Positions 1 to 16,114 of a stretch of DNA of 64,000 bases are shown one piece after another. The translations under genes were made by a program, and so were the position numbers. The stretch is from Eledone cirrhosa (lineage: Eukaryota): contig OZ024740.1 in assembly GCA_964016885.1 (NCBI GenBank), positions 373,178,001 to 373,242,000 on the forward strand, read 5' to 3'. The first letter of the stretch is position 1. The number at the start of each line of letters is the position of its first letter. Under the pieces are notes generated by a model that had not been told where the DNA came from, searched no databases, and worked only from the letters and a program-made list of their open reading frames with translations.

Positions 1-2781
1 TTCAGACGGTGCCAGACTGAAGATTACAACATATTTTGATTGTGGCTCTCGCCCACCATGGCGTAATATGTTGATTTCCAAATTTGTTAGAAGGATGTGT
101 TTTCTCGAAGTAATATAGCCTTGAATGTATATTAAGTAAGTACTAAATGAGTCAATTATTCAGGCCTCAACTATCCAATAGATGTTATAGTGTAACAATT
201 TGATTTATTAACATCATCATAACTTAATTGTCCATTTGTCACTGGGTTCGTTTTCGATTTATAAAATTTAAGGAAAATAAATCACCGAGAAAATTAAAAT
301 ATATCAATCTGAATTTGACCTGACGACCTTTGAGGATTATGCTAAGCTGGAAAGATTTATAAAGCGGAAATGTTACCATATGCATTTTTGTAATGAGTTA
401 TCATCATTCATTGGCTATATGTTGACCTGCGCTTTAAGGAATAATGCTGACCGAATTAATACACGTTTGATAATTTTCAATGATATAAGAGTAATAGTTT
501 ATTTAATTAAATGTAATTAATAACATCCATTACAATTTAATATCAATAAACATTATTAATAAAGGAAATGTTATGATTAAACACTACAAATATCTAGCTC
601 TATACAACTAAGAACAATTATTGTCAAAAAATAGTTCAACTTAGAAAATAATAACAAACGAAATAAATGACAAAAACCTTAACAGATTGTAGCTAGAGTT
701 TGGAGAGCTTGAATGAATATGTCATGTTAACAATATACTGAAAACACATAAGTCTCCAGAAATTATATCTTACAAAAAGCACAAAGAATTGGGGATTTTT
801 AACATTGATTTTAAATAGATCTTCTCTGGGTTGTATGGAATGTAGTGTTGTTTTCTACGTACTGCCACTCATAATGTTTAAACGAAGTGAACTATTCATA
901 CAAACAACTTATTTAGAGTCATTTTCTCAGCACTCAGAATTCCTTCTTTCGCCGTCAGGATATATGCCAGGAACAAAATTCTGTCTGAACAATCCACTAT
1001 GCCTTTAATTCTATATAGAAGAAAATCAGTATATGTTATTCATATGAGTGCCACAAATGGACCGTCTTTATTTTATTTTATCGAATGAAAAATATCTTTC
1101 GAGATTTTCTAATGTACAATACATTTTGTATTAACTTTTCAAAAGGTTTTATTGATTTTTCACACGAACATCCGCATCATAAATATGTAGTCTGCTTTGT
1201 TTAGAACTTATTAATATCTGGTTATTTTATCTCGTGTGCGAAATTGTATTGTTTTTGTTTGTTTTTTTTTGTCTTCTACTTTCTTTAGTATTTTCTATAA
1301 TGGTTGATATTGGTTATTTTAAGTGAATGCTAAAGTTTTTATGCGGCCTGCATATTCGTTTTGTTTTACTTTTATACATTTCCAATATTTGATTCTATTC
1401 TCACTGCTGCTTCGATCAATGTAATTGGCCTCGATACTAATATATGCCAATTGAAAATATATACATATATACAGATGCGGGCACACACACCGAATACACA
1501 CACGCTTGGAAACATACACGTTCATCACTTAATATATATATATATGTGTCTGTGTGTATGTATATATGTGGGCATATATATAGATGTGTGAGTGTAAATG
1601 TGTAATATTTGTACATGCACTTGTGTAAAATATATTTCCGTATAATAAACATGCACGGATATTCGCAGTGAGTGTTTAAGCTACACATATATCAGAGCAA
1701 CATAAGTAAGGATGGCGAATACATTTCAATATATCAAAAATCTAGAACAAATATGTTTGTTGTACCTTAGTATCTGGCTGTATGGTAGTGAGCTGTCAAG
1801 AACAGTAGGGTCGGTGAAATACATCACCTGCACTTAATCGAATATATTCCACCTACATGACACGCTGATCGACCGAAAAGATCGCAGATTATGATATTAT
1901 CCGCCATATTATGATTACACGAAATAAAAAGTTCATATATAGAGAGAGATTTGAGCTAAGATTTTCTGATATATATTGTAATACCATTGTTATAACAGCA
2001 CAATGCTAGAGGCATATATGGTATCAACGTCATTTCCATTAATTTTCTGTATGTAAATACACAGAGCAATTGTGGATAAGTATTTCTAAATATCTATCTT
2101 GCAATTATCCTTATTTTTATATATAAATGCTGATAAAAGTAATTTCAGTTTCCTGTTATTCAATATACATGGAAACAAATGGATTCGATGCTAAACATAA
2201 AATCTCAGTACAACAGGTAGTATTTTATTAATTCCAGGATTTCACAGAATAGATGAACGTTATGGCAGATGTGCTTCTGATACTGCACCGTCTGCCAATG
2301 TATAAAATGGTACAAGGCACAACACCAAATCAATTATATCAATTTATGTATATCAATTTATGATTTTGACAATGATATACGTTGCTTAGTTATCCTGTGT
2401 GTATACACATTTAAGTTCCAAGCATGCAAGCCTACACTAGACAACCTATCTTGATATTTCAAGATACGTTTCAATTAAATGTGCAAAAACGGGAGAGATA
2501 TTATTTGATGGAAGCCCATATGCCTGAATATAATTTTCTAAATTATCATTTTTTTAGAAATATAAATATTTATTACTAAATATACCTGTGCAGGATGAAT
2601 TGTCGTAATGTCAAGTGGGGAAATAAAGATTCCAATACTTCAAAATTAGAGCGATATATTGGAATGGCAATGATATCATTGTAAAGCAAATTTTTCATCC
2701 GATTTTCTAAAGTTCTTATTAAAAGACATGATATTTTGATTCAGTCCTTCAAAATGTTGCTTGTCATATTCCATTGAAATG

Positions 2782-3112
2782 TTAAATAAAAGAAAAAAGA
2801 GAAAGAAAGAAGAAAAAGAACAGGAAAGGGAAAGGTTGGCAAGAGCTCTGGTATCGCAGAACAGATGGGAAGGGTGAATGGGGGATGGTGATTCGGCTTT
2901 GGGCCTAGGGCAAGAAGGCAGAAGTACTGCGCCCCGCTGACAAGTTGGCAAAAGCATTCCCCCAGACGATGGCCAATGACATACGCTGCAGCAGCCACCC
3001 AACCTCACGGGGCACCCTCCTTAGACGGGCCACCGACGCTCCGATCTTGCGGAGGAGATCAGCAGTATGGGGTCTAAGTACGCCTGAGGTCTCGACGGCG
3101 ACTGGTGAAGTC
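2782..3112 (-). mobile_element. CRE-like non-LTR retrotransposon, 3' fragment (restriction-like endonuclease C-terminus)
   Basis: Minus-strand translation VAVETSGVLRPHTADLLRKIGASVARLRRVPREVGWLLQRMSLAIVWGNAFANLS fits the RLE C-terminal E..G.LG....L..IG / L.LA...GNA pattern; homologous to 45900-46130 and 61930-62110; pyrimidine-rich tail follows. Confidence 0.75.
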
Positions 3113-3781
3113 TATATGAATCAGCTTACTGTTTGAGAACATCTTAAACCTTTTAATGAAGAATGAATTCCATAGAGTGACATAAAAGTTGCTAAGTTTA
3201 TTCTGAGAAGGATATGATAAAGGGTTCTCAAAAGGAAGTAAACACAGAAATGTTTCCATTGAGGGAATATAAAGTAAATGTTCCAAAGGCTGATTACATT
3301 AGGCTATTTATTGAAATATATGATCATATACATATGAGTTTGTTTGTTTATGTGTCTATGATTAGAAAGCTATCTATCGTTGAACAATAATAACCATAGC
3401 AAAATACGAATCTCAAAAGCAGTTGGAAGAGAGATAGATCTAAACGGATAACAAATGTACCGTAATTAAGTGTGTGTATGCTTGATAATCATTAACAAAA
3501 AAAAATGACAAAATGTAATTGATTTAAATGAATGAAAAATTAAAAATGTAATAGAGTGTTGATTAGTGTGACGAAAGTCGCAGGGTGGTGATCGGGGCAC
3601 TATGCACCATTGCATAGGACGTTGCAGTTAATGAATCATTAAATTCAATATCTTATATCATAATCTAAAAAATGGCATATCTCATGGTTACCATGTTAGT
3701 ACACACACACACACACACACATACACACAGACACACACACACTCACCCCCACCCCCACACACACACATGCATCCCCTCGCC

Positions 3782-3837
<56 letters not shown>

Positions 3838-3859
3838 TGGATATCATATATGTATATAT

Positions 3860-3987
3860 GTAGGTTCTCGAGGTTTAGCAGGAGGTTACCACAGTTAAAA
3901 TATTTACTCAATATATTGATATGCATGTTTTCAGTTTACAAAGAAATGTTTCTACTGGCCTAGAACTATTTTATACGAATGAAACCG
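3860..3987 (-). mobile_element. Decayed copy of the short HHR-bearing element found at 17921-18055
   Basis: Collinear similarity: gtaggttctcgaggtttagcaggaggttaccacagt vs gtaggtcccgggttgagtcggggataaccacagt, and ttctactggcctagaactattttat vs ttctacaggactagtactgtttcat; same end abutting a TA run. Confidence 0.65.
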
Positions 3988-4039
3988 TTCTACTTCTGTA
4001 GTAGTCGATTCTATATATAATACCTATATATAGACCGTT

Positions 4040-5216
4040 CGAACGTAGATCTGATATACCTCGACCTTGCGAAGGCCTTCGACATGGAATGATATGTAAA
4101 AAATTACAAATGGTTTCATGACCTCTTAAAAGACAGAAGCCAGACTGTTGCAGCCAACGAGATCCTCTCAAACTAAACGGCAATAACTGTGTTGGAGCCA
4201 CTACTGTTTGTGGTGGCTCTCTCAGATATGTCCTCTTTAATACGGACAGTCTTCCTTATAAGATATACTAATAACTCGAAAGCACAGGCTATCAACAATC
4301 CGGCTGATACTACTCTCTTACAATAGGATTTAGTTGCCATATACGGAGTGCATTGGCTGAAACAACAATATGCAATTTAATTTAGGTAATTTTCAAGCCC
4401 ACTGCTATCAATCCACAAACTCAGGACCATCACAAGGTACACTGGATCAGGAGGAATCGAAATCCCACAGTCAAAATCAATATGGGACCTGTGTATTGAC
4501 ATGAACACTGATACATCATTTCATGCTCGCACACAACTGGCGGGTTGGATTCTCAGTACATTCAAGATAAGAGACTCGGAAACCATCTTGGTAATCTAGA
4601 GGACTGTCGTCCTAGAGACGACTGGATTATTGTTCTTAGGTGTGGTTGCCACATAGTGTCAAACTAACTGCAGAGCCGCAAGCAATCCAATGAAGCTACA
4701 CCGAGAGACTGCTTCAATGAAAGAGATGAGGTGCTGGGAGAGGCTGAAGAAATTAAAGCTTTACTCTCTGGAGCGGAGACGGGGGAGATACGAAGTGATA
4801 TACATAGGGAAGATCTTGGAAAGTTTAGCAGCAAACTTTGTCAATGAAGGCAGGACCAGCCCACGAACAGAACGTAACAGTGCAGTGTCACATATCCCAA
4901 TCGTTGCATCGAGAATAAAGGCCACATAATGCAATAGTCTGGGGTTCAAGGGACTCCAGTTTTCTTTTTATTAACTCTCCAACAAGCTGGGAGTGCAGGT
5001 AGAGGATTTGAAGATATCTAGACACTCTACTGACTATGGTCCCGAAGAAACCCACAGCAGGAGGTGAAGCACAATAAGAGCAGCAAAAACAATCCCCCTT
5101 TTGTGTCAGTTGCCAACTAAGGAAGGCTGGCTATAGAAATTGTAGCATCGGTGGCGATTCCTTAGCATGGTATCAGCCCCTCGGCTGGAAGGCAAATAAA
5201 TAAATAAATAAATAAA
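4040..5216 (+). mobile_element. CR1-clade LINE, degraded RT and 3' end
   Basis: NVDLIYLDLAKAFD at ~4040, VLEPLLFVVALSDM at ~4190, CWERLKKLKLYSLERRRGRY at ~4730; ends in an (AAAT)n tail at 5194-5216; many stops and indels. Confidence 0.85.
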
Positions 5217-5438
5217 TATGTGTGCGTGTCAGTCAGTCTTTGTCTGCGTGTTTGTGCGTGTGTGTGCTTGGATATATTTATGTATACTATTTACCTCAAT
5301 CTCAACAAGTTTTAGTATCTTAGAATGTGTCCAAATGTTGTCTGATTCACACTTCATGTGACAATGCATTTTCTATTTGCTGACTTCATTCATTGATGCT
5401 GTTTCTGATGCATAATTATTATTATTATTATTATCAGC

Positions 5439-5619
5439 GGTGAATTGGCAGTATCAGTAGAGGTTTGGACGCCATGCTTTCTAGCATAGTTATGTCCGTT
5501 TACGGTCTGAGTTCAAATCCCGTCGAGGTTAACTTTGCCTTTCATCCGTACGGAGTCGATAAAATAAAGTACTAGTAATGTACTGAGTAATTGCTGGCCT
5601 TGTGCCAACAGTAGAAACA
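5439..5619 (+). mobile_element. tRNA-derived SINE (Octopus OK-like family) with probable target-site duplication
   Basis: A-box-like tggcagtatcagtag and B-box gagttcaaatcc (5509-5520); body actttgcctttcatcc..gtcgataaaataaagtac; attattattatcagc on both sides (5424-5438, 5620-5634); five more copies in the window. Confidence 0.85.
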
Positions 5620-6315
5620 ATTATTATTATCAGCATTAAATGAGTAAACATGCAAGAATGTCATTTGTCAACCCGTCATGTGTCATGTATGGCTTATGTA
5701 TTAAGGTTTGCGTTTTCGACAAGGAAAATTGGGATTTGTCGTAATCTAAAACATATGTTTCAAAAACTTTGTCAATAATAGCAGTAAATTTGAAGAATGT
5801 ATCATCAAGAACTCTTTAATTTAGTATTTGGAAACAATAAAATTTTACGATCCATACAATTGCAACGACTGATGACTGTAGAAATATAATTATGGAGAAC
5901 CAATACATAACTTATTTATGGATTTATAATTCCTAAAATACACGTACTTAGTGCCAGATTTAACCAATAACAACATAGAAATATATATTGCAAATATACT
6001 ATGATGTTTGGGAAATAAGATGATAGCAGAAAACCATAAATTGTGAAACAAATAATTTGGTAGAATATATTAACATCTGTCGAAAGAGAATCTAAGAGGA
6101 TTTTAAGATGGCTTTCAATATTAATATACCCAAGCAGAATTAAGACAGACAAAGCTATATTCTGTTGTTTGTATTGGCAAATACATGTGAAAACAATCTA
6201 ACAAGATGTAAAGATATACAGTCCCTAAGGTATTTTCATTTGTATATCCGTGTATATAAGAAATAGATACATTCAAGCATCCATTCTTACGTGTGTGTGT
6301 GTATATATATATATA

Positions 6316-7168
6316 TCATTTGATACAATATATACAGTATGTCCTCTCCCAATCAGCATAATCAACCACATAAAAAATCAATCAAACGAGGCTATAAGTT
6401 TAAAACGTACCTATGAAGAAACAATAGATAAATAAATGATAGATATTTTATCCGCGATCCACAGCCACAGAGGATTTACCTAGTATTTCTAATAGCCCGT
6501 AGAAATTGACTATATAGTTAACCATACACAATTAGGTACAAAATCAAAGTTAGAAGAAAATATGTACATAAACATACCAAAATCATGTTTCTACCTCCGA
6601 AGGTTTCATTCCTATTTTGGAAATATCCGATCATGGATAAATCTACGAGTTTCGAAATATCAGGAAACAAACTCAATTGGACAAAGATTTTTCTTAAATG
6701 AACCCTGCCAGAAAGAATTCAAACTGGCTAAGAATTGTCACATGGCCAGTGGTCAAGTTAGAAAGCTGGTTGCTAGAAAGCGGGGTAGAAACATGATTTT
6801 GGTATGTTTATGAACATTGTTTCGTTTTTTTGTCTAACTTTGATTTTGTGCCTAATTGTGTATGGGTAACTATATGTCTAGTCAATTTCTACGGGCTATT
6901 AGAAATACTAGGTAAAACTTCTGTGGCTGTGGATCGCCGATAAAATAGCTATCATTTATTTATCTATTGTTTCTTCATAGGTACATTTTAAACTTATCGC
7001 CTCGTTTAATTGATTTTTTATGTGGTTGATTATGCTGATTGGGAGAAGAAATACTGTATATATTTTATCAAATGATTCTATGGACTTACTTCCTTATATA
7101 TTGCTCTGATTGTTGATTATTTAATTAATTAATTCGTCATTGAGCCACACTGTGAATGGTTGCCCAAA

Positions 7169-7170
<2 letters not shown>
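6316..7170. mobile_element. Fold-back insertion with ~280-bp inverted arms (6316-6595 / 6784-7075), probably PLE-derived
   Basis: Arms are reverse complements by direct comparison; bounded by TA runs; a third copy lies at 7320-7835. PLE origin is inferred from architecture only. Confidence 0.7.
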
Positions 7171-7236
<66 letters not shown>

Positions 7237-7319
7237 CTCTGTCTAGTTTATGTATATGTTAACCTCTATATTTTATATACTCTCGTAAGGTTGATTAACA
7301 TTTAGGTAGTATTCGGCTA

Positions 7320-7831
7320 CGCTTTCTAGGAACCAGCGTACTCGCCGTCAGGCACCAATCACAAGCTTTCTGACTTGACCACTGGCCATGTGACAATTCT
7401 TAGCCATTTTGAATTCCTTTCTGGCGGGGATCATTTAAGAAAAATATTTCTCCAATTGAGTTTGTTTCCTGATGATTTCGAAACTCGTTTATTTATCCAT
7501 GATCGGATATTTCCAAAGAGCGACTGAAATCTCCAGAGGTAGAAACACGATTTCGGTATGTTTATGTAAATTTTTTCTTCGGATTGTGATTTTGTATCTA
7601 ATTGTGTATGGTTAGCTATATGTCTTGTCAATTTCTCCGGGCTATTAGAAATACTGGGTAAATTTTCTGTGGCTGTTGATCGCGGATAAAATAGCTATCA
7701 TTTATTTATCTAAGGTTTCTTCATAGGTACATTTTAAACCTATAGTCTTGATTTTTTATGTGGTTGATTATGCTGATTAGGAGAAGAAACACTGTATATA
7801 TTTTATCAAATGATTCTATGGACTCACATAC

Positions 7832-7835
<4 letters not shown>
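7320..7835 (+). repeat. Third copy of the 6316-6782 unit (reverse complement)
   Basis: Diverged but collinear with the reverse complement of 6316-6782 and with 6784-7085; ends in a TA run. Confidence 0.8.
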
Positions 7836-7893
<58 letters not shown>

Positions 7894-7932
7894 CGAAACA
7901 TAAGTCAATTGCATGATCTCATAATCCTTTAT

Positions 7933-7992
7933 TTACTGGTATATATATTTCGATGATAGCCATTGAATGGCTATGACCTCATGAGGCAGTTA
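7933..7992 (-). ncRNA. Type I hammerhead ribozyme, degenerate (CUCAUGA core)
   Basis: Minus: taactgc CTCATGA g gtcatagccat tca atggctatcat c GAAA tatata TA ccagtaa; strong helix II, palindromic helix III, G5 mutated. Confidence 0.6.
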
Positions 7993-8074
7993 GTCAGTTC
8001 TTAGATATGCCAGCTCTGTGTGTTTAGTGCTGATGGTATCAGAGCCTTGGTACATCTATATATATATATATATA

Positions 8075-8374
8075 GAAAAGGTGAATATAAAGTGAAAGTG
8101 CTTTTATAAAGGAATTTATTAGGTATTGACATATGTTTCTGTAACAGACGGAATACCTATGTATCGTTGCTTGAGTAATCATATAATGTTAGCAAGTATT
8201 CGATAGCAAATGTATAATCAGTTGTCACTTCTTCAGAAGTCACTTCATTTTATATTCATCTTTTCTACATTTTCTCCGGAATATAATTTATACTCGTTGA
8301 GCAAACCTACACGTACGCTGTTCATCTCTAACGTGACGATATATTATCACTACATTATTGATAACTTGAAATTG
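8075..8374. mobile_element. Short inverted PLE-terminus fragment with long-helix-II HHR (8125-8238, minus) and 3' tail (8241-8374, plus)
   Basis: Minus: CTGAAGA agtgaca..90 nt..tgttaca GAAA catatg TC aata; 8075-8100 is inverted relative to 8241-8265; tail tctccgga..ctcgttgagcaaac resembles tails at 16332-16470 and 55650-55757. Confidence 0.65.
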
Positions 8375-9910
<1,536 letters not shown>

Positions 9911-9934
9911 ATATATATATATATATATTAATAT

Positions 9935-10098
<164 letters not shown>

Positions 10099-11010
10099 TT
10101 GGAATGACCATCAAAATTCCGATTTTTTCACACACAACAGATAGTAATACCCGTAAATTTAGATGTATATTTATTTGTTCGATTATATGCACACCGTTAG
10201 TTGTTTCGAAAACATTGGAATGTTATAACAGATGAATAGCATTTTGCATTGTAGATTTTTATCGTGATTATAGCTTATGAGAAAATATTCAGAGCGCTAT
10301 GCTATTTGTAATTCATTCGTGAACATTAAGACAAAAGTATTGTAAAGATTAAAGGAAGAAAATATTGTAAATAGATAAAACAATTATTTCACTATATGAA
10401 CTAATGCAGCAAATCATCGTCTATAACATTGTTAATAATAGCTTCTCCGCAAAAATAAAGTTTATAGAAGAGAATAAATATATAAACAGCTATTATCCTC
10501 CTAATTCAGTATTTATCGTTCTCATTCTCTGGCTCTATAAATTGCCTCATTCTTTTTTCTGTATTGTATATCATAGTTTGTCATTCCACCCCAATATAAT
10601 ATATTCGATTTCCCTATTATGCATTTTGGATTAATGTATATTTTTTTATAACAAACATATAAAACAGAGAAGAAAACATTTAAATGTAAAAGTAAAATTT
10701 AAAATGAATGAAAATATTCAAGCTACATATCAAAAGAAAGTTGGTGTGTCTGACAGTGTTTTTATATAACGTTACAGAGAGATATTTATATCTGTTACAA
10801 TGTTGGAAGACCAGTGCCGTGGAACAGAGAGATGACTGTCTGAAGTTATACCTCGGCAAGATTAATGAAGTGAAACAATGAATATATAAGTTGGAAAAAA
10901 ATGGAAAATATGTGAAACTAAACACGATAAAGGCTGAAAAATATAAGGAAGTAGTTTCTGTTTCATTAATATATTTATCGCATACGCACACACTCGCAGG
11001 CACACACACA

Positions 11011-11320
<310 letters not shown>

Positions 11321-11832
11321 CACTCACATGTGGGATTATGTGTGTGAGGGAGAGCATTAGCATGTGAAATTCACGGTATTTGTGAACTCATAATGTAAAT
11401 AGTACTAGAATCGAACTGCATGTATCTAAAATGTTGCAAAATTATAGCCTATAATAACATTATAGAAAATCGATAGATCTATACCGATTTATTTAATAGA
11501 TAGTTATAACTAGTGATTTGACGATTCAATCAGTGAACTGGTGTCAATTTAATGGCTTATTAATTCACTAATAGACAAAAGTTAAAAAAAGATCAAGATG
11601 TGAACGTAGAAAATTAAACATCAGAAAGCATTGCTTTTTATGTGATTCAGTAGACTCTATTACATCATATGAACTCATTCAATAATTGTACCCACACAGA
11701 AATCTACACTCAATGACACGCACACATTCACACACATGCACATCACCCCCCCCCCCCCTCACACACACACACATACACGCACACTCTCTATCTCTATCTC
11801 TATCTCTCTCTCTCTTTAACTCTCTCTCTTTC

Positions 11833-11901
<69 letters not shown>

Positions 11902-12296
11902 TTGTATAATATGTATATATATATATATTTGTACAGTGAAGTTATTTGAAAAAGGATAAAAATGATTATTGTTTAGTGATGATGGAATGTTGACAAAGTG
12001 TTGTTACTCTTTACTGATCGTATATTTCTTTTAACTGATAAGACTTGCGTTTACGGCATTAGCAATTTTGAAATAGGTTGACTTCCTTTAATGCTAGAGT
12101 ATCATTAGTCTTGAGGTGGGAATGCATGTTATAAAAATACGAATCAACCCCAAATCAATCCAGATCCCTTACTAAACCTAAGCGGAATATATTCAAAACA
12201 AATTTAGACTCCAGTGTTCACACCAGTGAATGGAAGAAAATTGAAAATAGAAATGACAGTAACACTCCGATGCAAAAGATTTCAAATTAAATGCCC

Positions 12297-12336
<40 letters not shown>

Positions 12337-12340
12337 TATA

Positions 12341-12438
12341 CGGGATGTCCCCAAAAATGCATTAACACTTCAGCAGTACTCTAATAAATATATTCTGTAC
12401 AGGTAAAGAAAGTGTCTATACATTTTGGGGACACCCTG
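12341..12438. mobile_element. Tc1/mariner-type MITE (98 bp)
   Basis: Imperfect TIRs cgggatgtccccaaaaatg / cattttggggacaccctg (consensus CAGGGTGTCCCCAAAA), flanked by TA on both sides. Confidence 0.8.
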
Positions 12439-12450
12439 TATATATATATA

Positions 12451-12556
<106 letters not shown>

Positions 12557-12566
12557 TATAAACACG

Positions 12567-12677
<111 letters not shown>

Positions 12678-12709
12678 ATTATTATGTAATAAACAACATA
12701 AGGCAATTA

Positions 12710-12770
12710 TTCCATTTACCAGTGGTTTCTTAAAAGCAAAAGGTTTTGCTTTCAATCCTCAGAACGGGAA
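12710..12770 (-). ncRNA. Type I hammerhead ribozyme (GUA site)
   Basis: ttcccgtt CTGAGGA ttgaaagcaaaa cc ttttgcttttaa GAAA ccactgg TA aatggaa. Confidence 0.85.
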
Positions 12771-12925
12771 AAAGCTGGTTTGTTTATTGAATTTGGATTA
12801 CAAACCAAAAATACAATCTATATGAAAGTGAGGCTGGAGAAGGGAGAAGGAAAGGGAAAATAAAATAAAATAAATCAACGCATGCAAACACACACACAAA
12901 AAAACCCAAAAGCATACTTACACAC

Positions 12926-12986
<61 letters not shown>

Positions 12987-13181
12987 TATACATATACACA
13001 CACACACATACACACACATACATATGTGTGTGTATACAAGCATACACATACACAAACATAGCCATACACACACATATATATATACACACATACATACATT
13101 CACACAAACATACAAAGTGTACATACATACACATACATGAATGCACTCCTCTACATATTCGCACACGCAAATACAAATAAG

Positions 13182-13226
<45 letters not shown>

Positions 13227-13483
13227 AAATATATATATATATATATTTAAATTTTTGACAGCGATACATGACGCAGCTAACAGGACAGACACGCGTAGTA
13301 AGTAATACACACAAAAAAGCACGCACACATACGTACGAAACAGTAAACACATACACACACTCTCACACATATATATACATAAACAAACACAAAAACACAT
13401 ACATAGACAAACACGCACACGTATACATATTTAACACACACACATATGTATATGTAATTATATACACACACACACACATATAC

Positions 13484-13572
<89 letters not shown>

Positions 13573-13847
13573 CACACATACATACATATACATATACATA
13601 TATATATATACAAAATATATAAACGCACACACACACACATATACACGCATATACGTAAACACACATATACATAAATAGCTAAACAATTATACACATGCAA
13701 ATACGTATATATCAAAAACACGCACAACCAAAAACAAATACACACACACATACACACACACAACCACACACACACATATATACATAAAAAAATAATAAAA
13801 TAATAAACACACACACGCATATACATACATACATACATACATACATA

Positions 13848-13953
<106 letters not shown>

Positions 13954-14131
13954 CATACATACATACATACACACACACATACATACACACGTACATATAC
14001 ACATGTGTATACACATACACACACACATATATACATGTGTGTATGTGTAAAACTCAGTATTAGCAAAGACAAATGAACCTTACATAAACGTATATATAGT
14101 AGTAAGGTAATAAAGCAACATAAGGCAATTA

Positions 14132-14191
14132 TTCAATTCACCAGAGGTTTCTTAAAAGCAAAAAATGTTTCCTTCAGTCTTCAGAATTAAA
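14132..14191 (-). ncRNA. Type I hammerhead motif with non-cleavable GUG triplet
   Basis: tttaatt CTGAAGA ctgaaggaaacattttttgcttttaa GAAA cctctgg TG aattgaa. Confidence 0.75.
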
Positions 14192-14269
14192 AAAAGTGAA
14201 AAAAACCTGGTTTATCCACATATACAAACATATACATACACAAATATACATATATATACACATACACAA

Positions 14270-14324
<55 letters not shown>

Positions 14325-14588
14325 TACATACACACCCATATATACATACACACATACATACACACATATATATATATATATATACACACATATATATACA
14401 CACAAAAATACATACACATACACATAGGTATGTGGAGGGTAAAACAAAAATAATATATGGGGGGGGGGCTAAGAGGAGGTAAAAATATAAGGGGAGGTAA
14501 GAGAGAAAAAATGTTTAATATACAAGAGTACAGAAGGTAGAATCAGCAAAATAAAAACCGTAGCAGACGTAAAGAGCAGAGAAGGAGT

Positions 14589-15092
14589 TCAAGGCGGTTG
14601 ATTTATCGTAGGAGTGTCAATCCAGTTACAGATCAGATGCGATTTCAGATGAGGACAGCATCTGAAGATCTCAGTCTTTGAGTTAAGGCAAGCGGAAGTG
14701 GCTCTCAAGTTTAGCAAAATCCTATACTTTTCTGTGGTACACAAAGAACAATTCTTTGTGCCCCTTTGGTACTCCCTCGAATGGTCTAATATAGACCAAT
14801 CAATAGAGTACGGGATATTACTATCCTTGAGATCCCATACCTTACTTGCGAGGGCCGTTGATGTTCGTTTATCTGAGTGTTTAAAAGAAGCGACATGTGA
14901 GTAAAATCTGGTTTTAAACCTGTCCTGGGTCATACCGACATATCGCTCACTTCTGGCTGGCTGGTTGTTGATAATTGGCGTTATCTTAGCCTCATAAACG
15001 ACAGATTTTGTGTTACATTTACCCTGCAATGGGCATTCATCCGGCTTCCTGCAACTGCATCCTGGATTTATCCTCGTACGGTTTGAACTGGT
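14589..15092 (-). pseudogene. PLE GIY-YIG endonuclease domain, 5'-truncated, reading frame open
   Basis: GCSCRKPDECPLQGKCNTKSVVYEAKI...RYVGMTQDRFKTRFYSH...CSLCTTEKYRIL...CLNSKTEIFRCCPH: Cys-rich linker, VVY/YVG motifs, catalytic R and E, LN; typical of Neptune-clade PLEs. Confidence 0.9.
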
Positions 15093-15419
15093 GATGCTGT
15101 CCTCATCTGAAATCGCATCTGATCTGTAACTGGATTGACACTCCTACGATAAATCAACCGCCTTGAACTCCTTCTCTGCTCTTTACGTCTGCTACGGTTT
15201 TTATTTTGCTGATTCTACCTTCTGTACTCTTGTATATTTAACATTTTTTCTCTCTTACCTCCCCTTGTATTTTTACCTCCTCTTAGGCCCCCCCCCCCAT
15301 ATATTATTTTTGTTTTACCCTCCACATACCTATGTGTATGTGTATGTATTTTTGTGTGTATATATATGTGTGTATATATATATATACAAGTGTTTTTTAG
15401 TCTTCGTATCATGTTCTCC

Positions 15420-15490
15420 TGTTTTATCTGATGAAAACACAAATATTATTGCATGATGATGTTTGTATTTGAAATGCGCATAATAAAATA
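15420..15490 (+). ncRNA. Type I hammerhead ribozyme (AUA site) in a nested insert, 15388-15613
   Basis: tgttttat CTGATGA aaacacaaatattattgcatgatgatgtttgtattt GAAA tgcgca TA ataaaata; same family as 36038-36110. Confidence 0.85.
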
Positions 15491-15842
15491 CATGGAACTC
15501 CTTTAACCATCTTTTGATCTTATAGTATGCATACTCCAGTCCTACAAATTGTAGAGTGCTTCTTATCCGATATCTGCATTGCTTTATTGTACCACAATAA
15601 AACTCACCTCCTACATATATATATATATATTTTTTTTTTTTTTATTATTTTTATTTGCGTGTGCGAATATGTAGAGGAGTGCATTCATGTATGTGTATGT
15701 ATGTACGCTTTGTATGTTTGTGTGAATGTATGTATGTGTGTATATATATATGTGTGTGTGTATGGCTATGTTTGTGTACGTGTATACTTGTATACACACA
15801 CATATGCATGTGTGTGTATGTGTGTGTGTGTATATGTATATT

Positions 15843-15897
<55 letters not shown>

Positions 15898-16053
15898 GTG
15901 TGTAAGTATGCTTTTGGGTTTTTTTGTGTGTGTGTTTGCATGCGTCGTTTTATTTTATTTTATTTTTCCTTTCCTTCTCCCTTCTCCAGCCTCACTTTCA
16001 TATAGATTGTATTTTTTGGTTTGTAATCCAAATTCAATAAACAAACCAGCTTT

Positions 16054-16114
16054 TTCCCGTTCTGAGGATTGAAAGCAAAACCTTTTGCTTTTAAGAAACC
16101 ACTGGTAAATGGAA
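16054..16114 (+). ncRNA. Type I hammerhead ribozyme (GUA site)
   Basis: Identical to the reverse complement of 12710-12770; CTGAGGA 16062-16068, GAAA 16095-16098, predicted cleavage after 16107. Confidence 0.85.

Noticed and set aside
5439-5530. tRNA gene
   Set aside because: A and B boxes belong to SINE heads; no cloverleaf, and six dispersed copies share a non-tRNA tail.
5865-5895. CTGATGA ctgta GAAA tataatta as a minimal HHR
   Set aside because: No helix I or II pairing, and not in a repeat context.
10190-10245. Minus-strand hairpin aacatt/aatgtt followed by GAAA
   Set aside because: Core reads CTGTTAT and helices I and III do not pair; too decayed to call.
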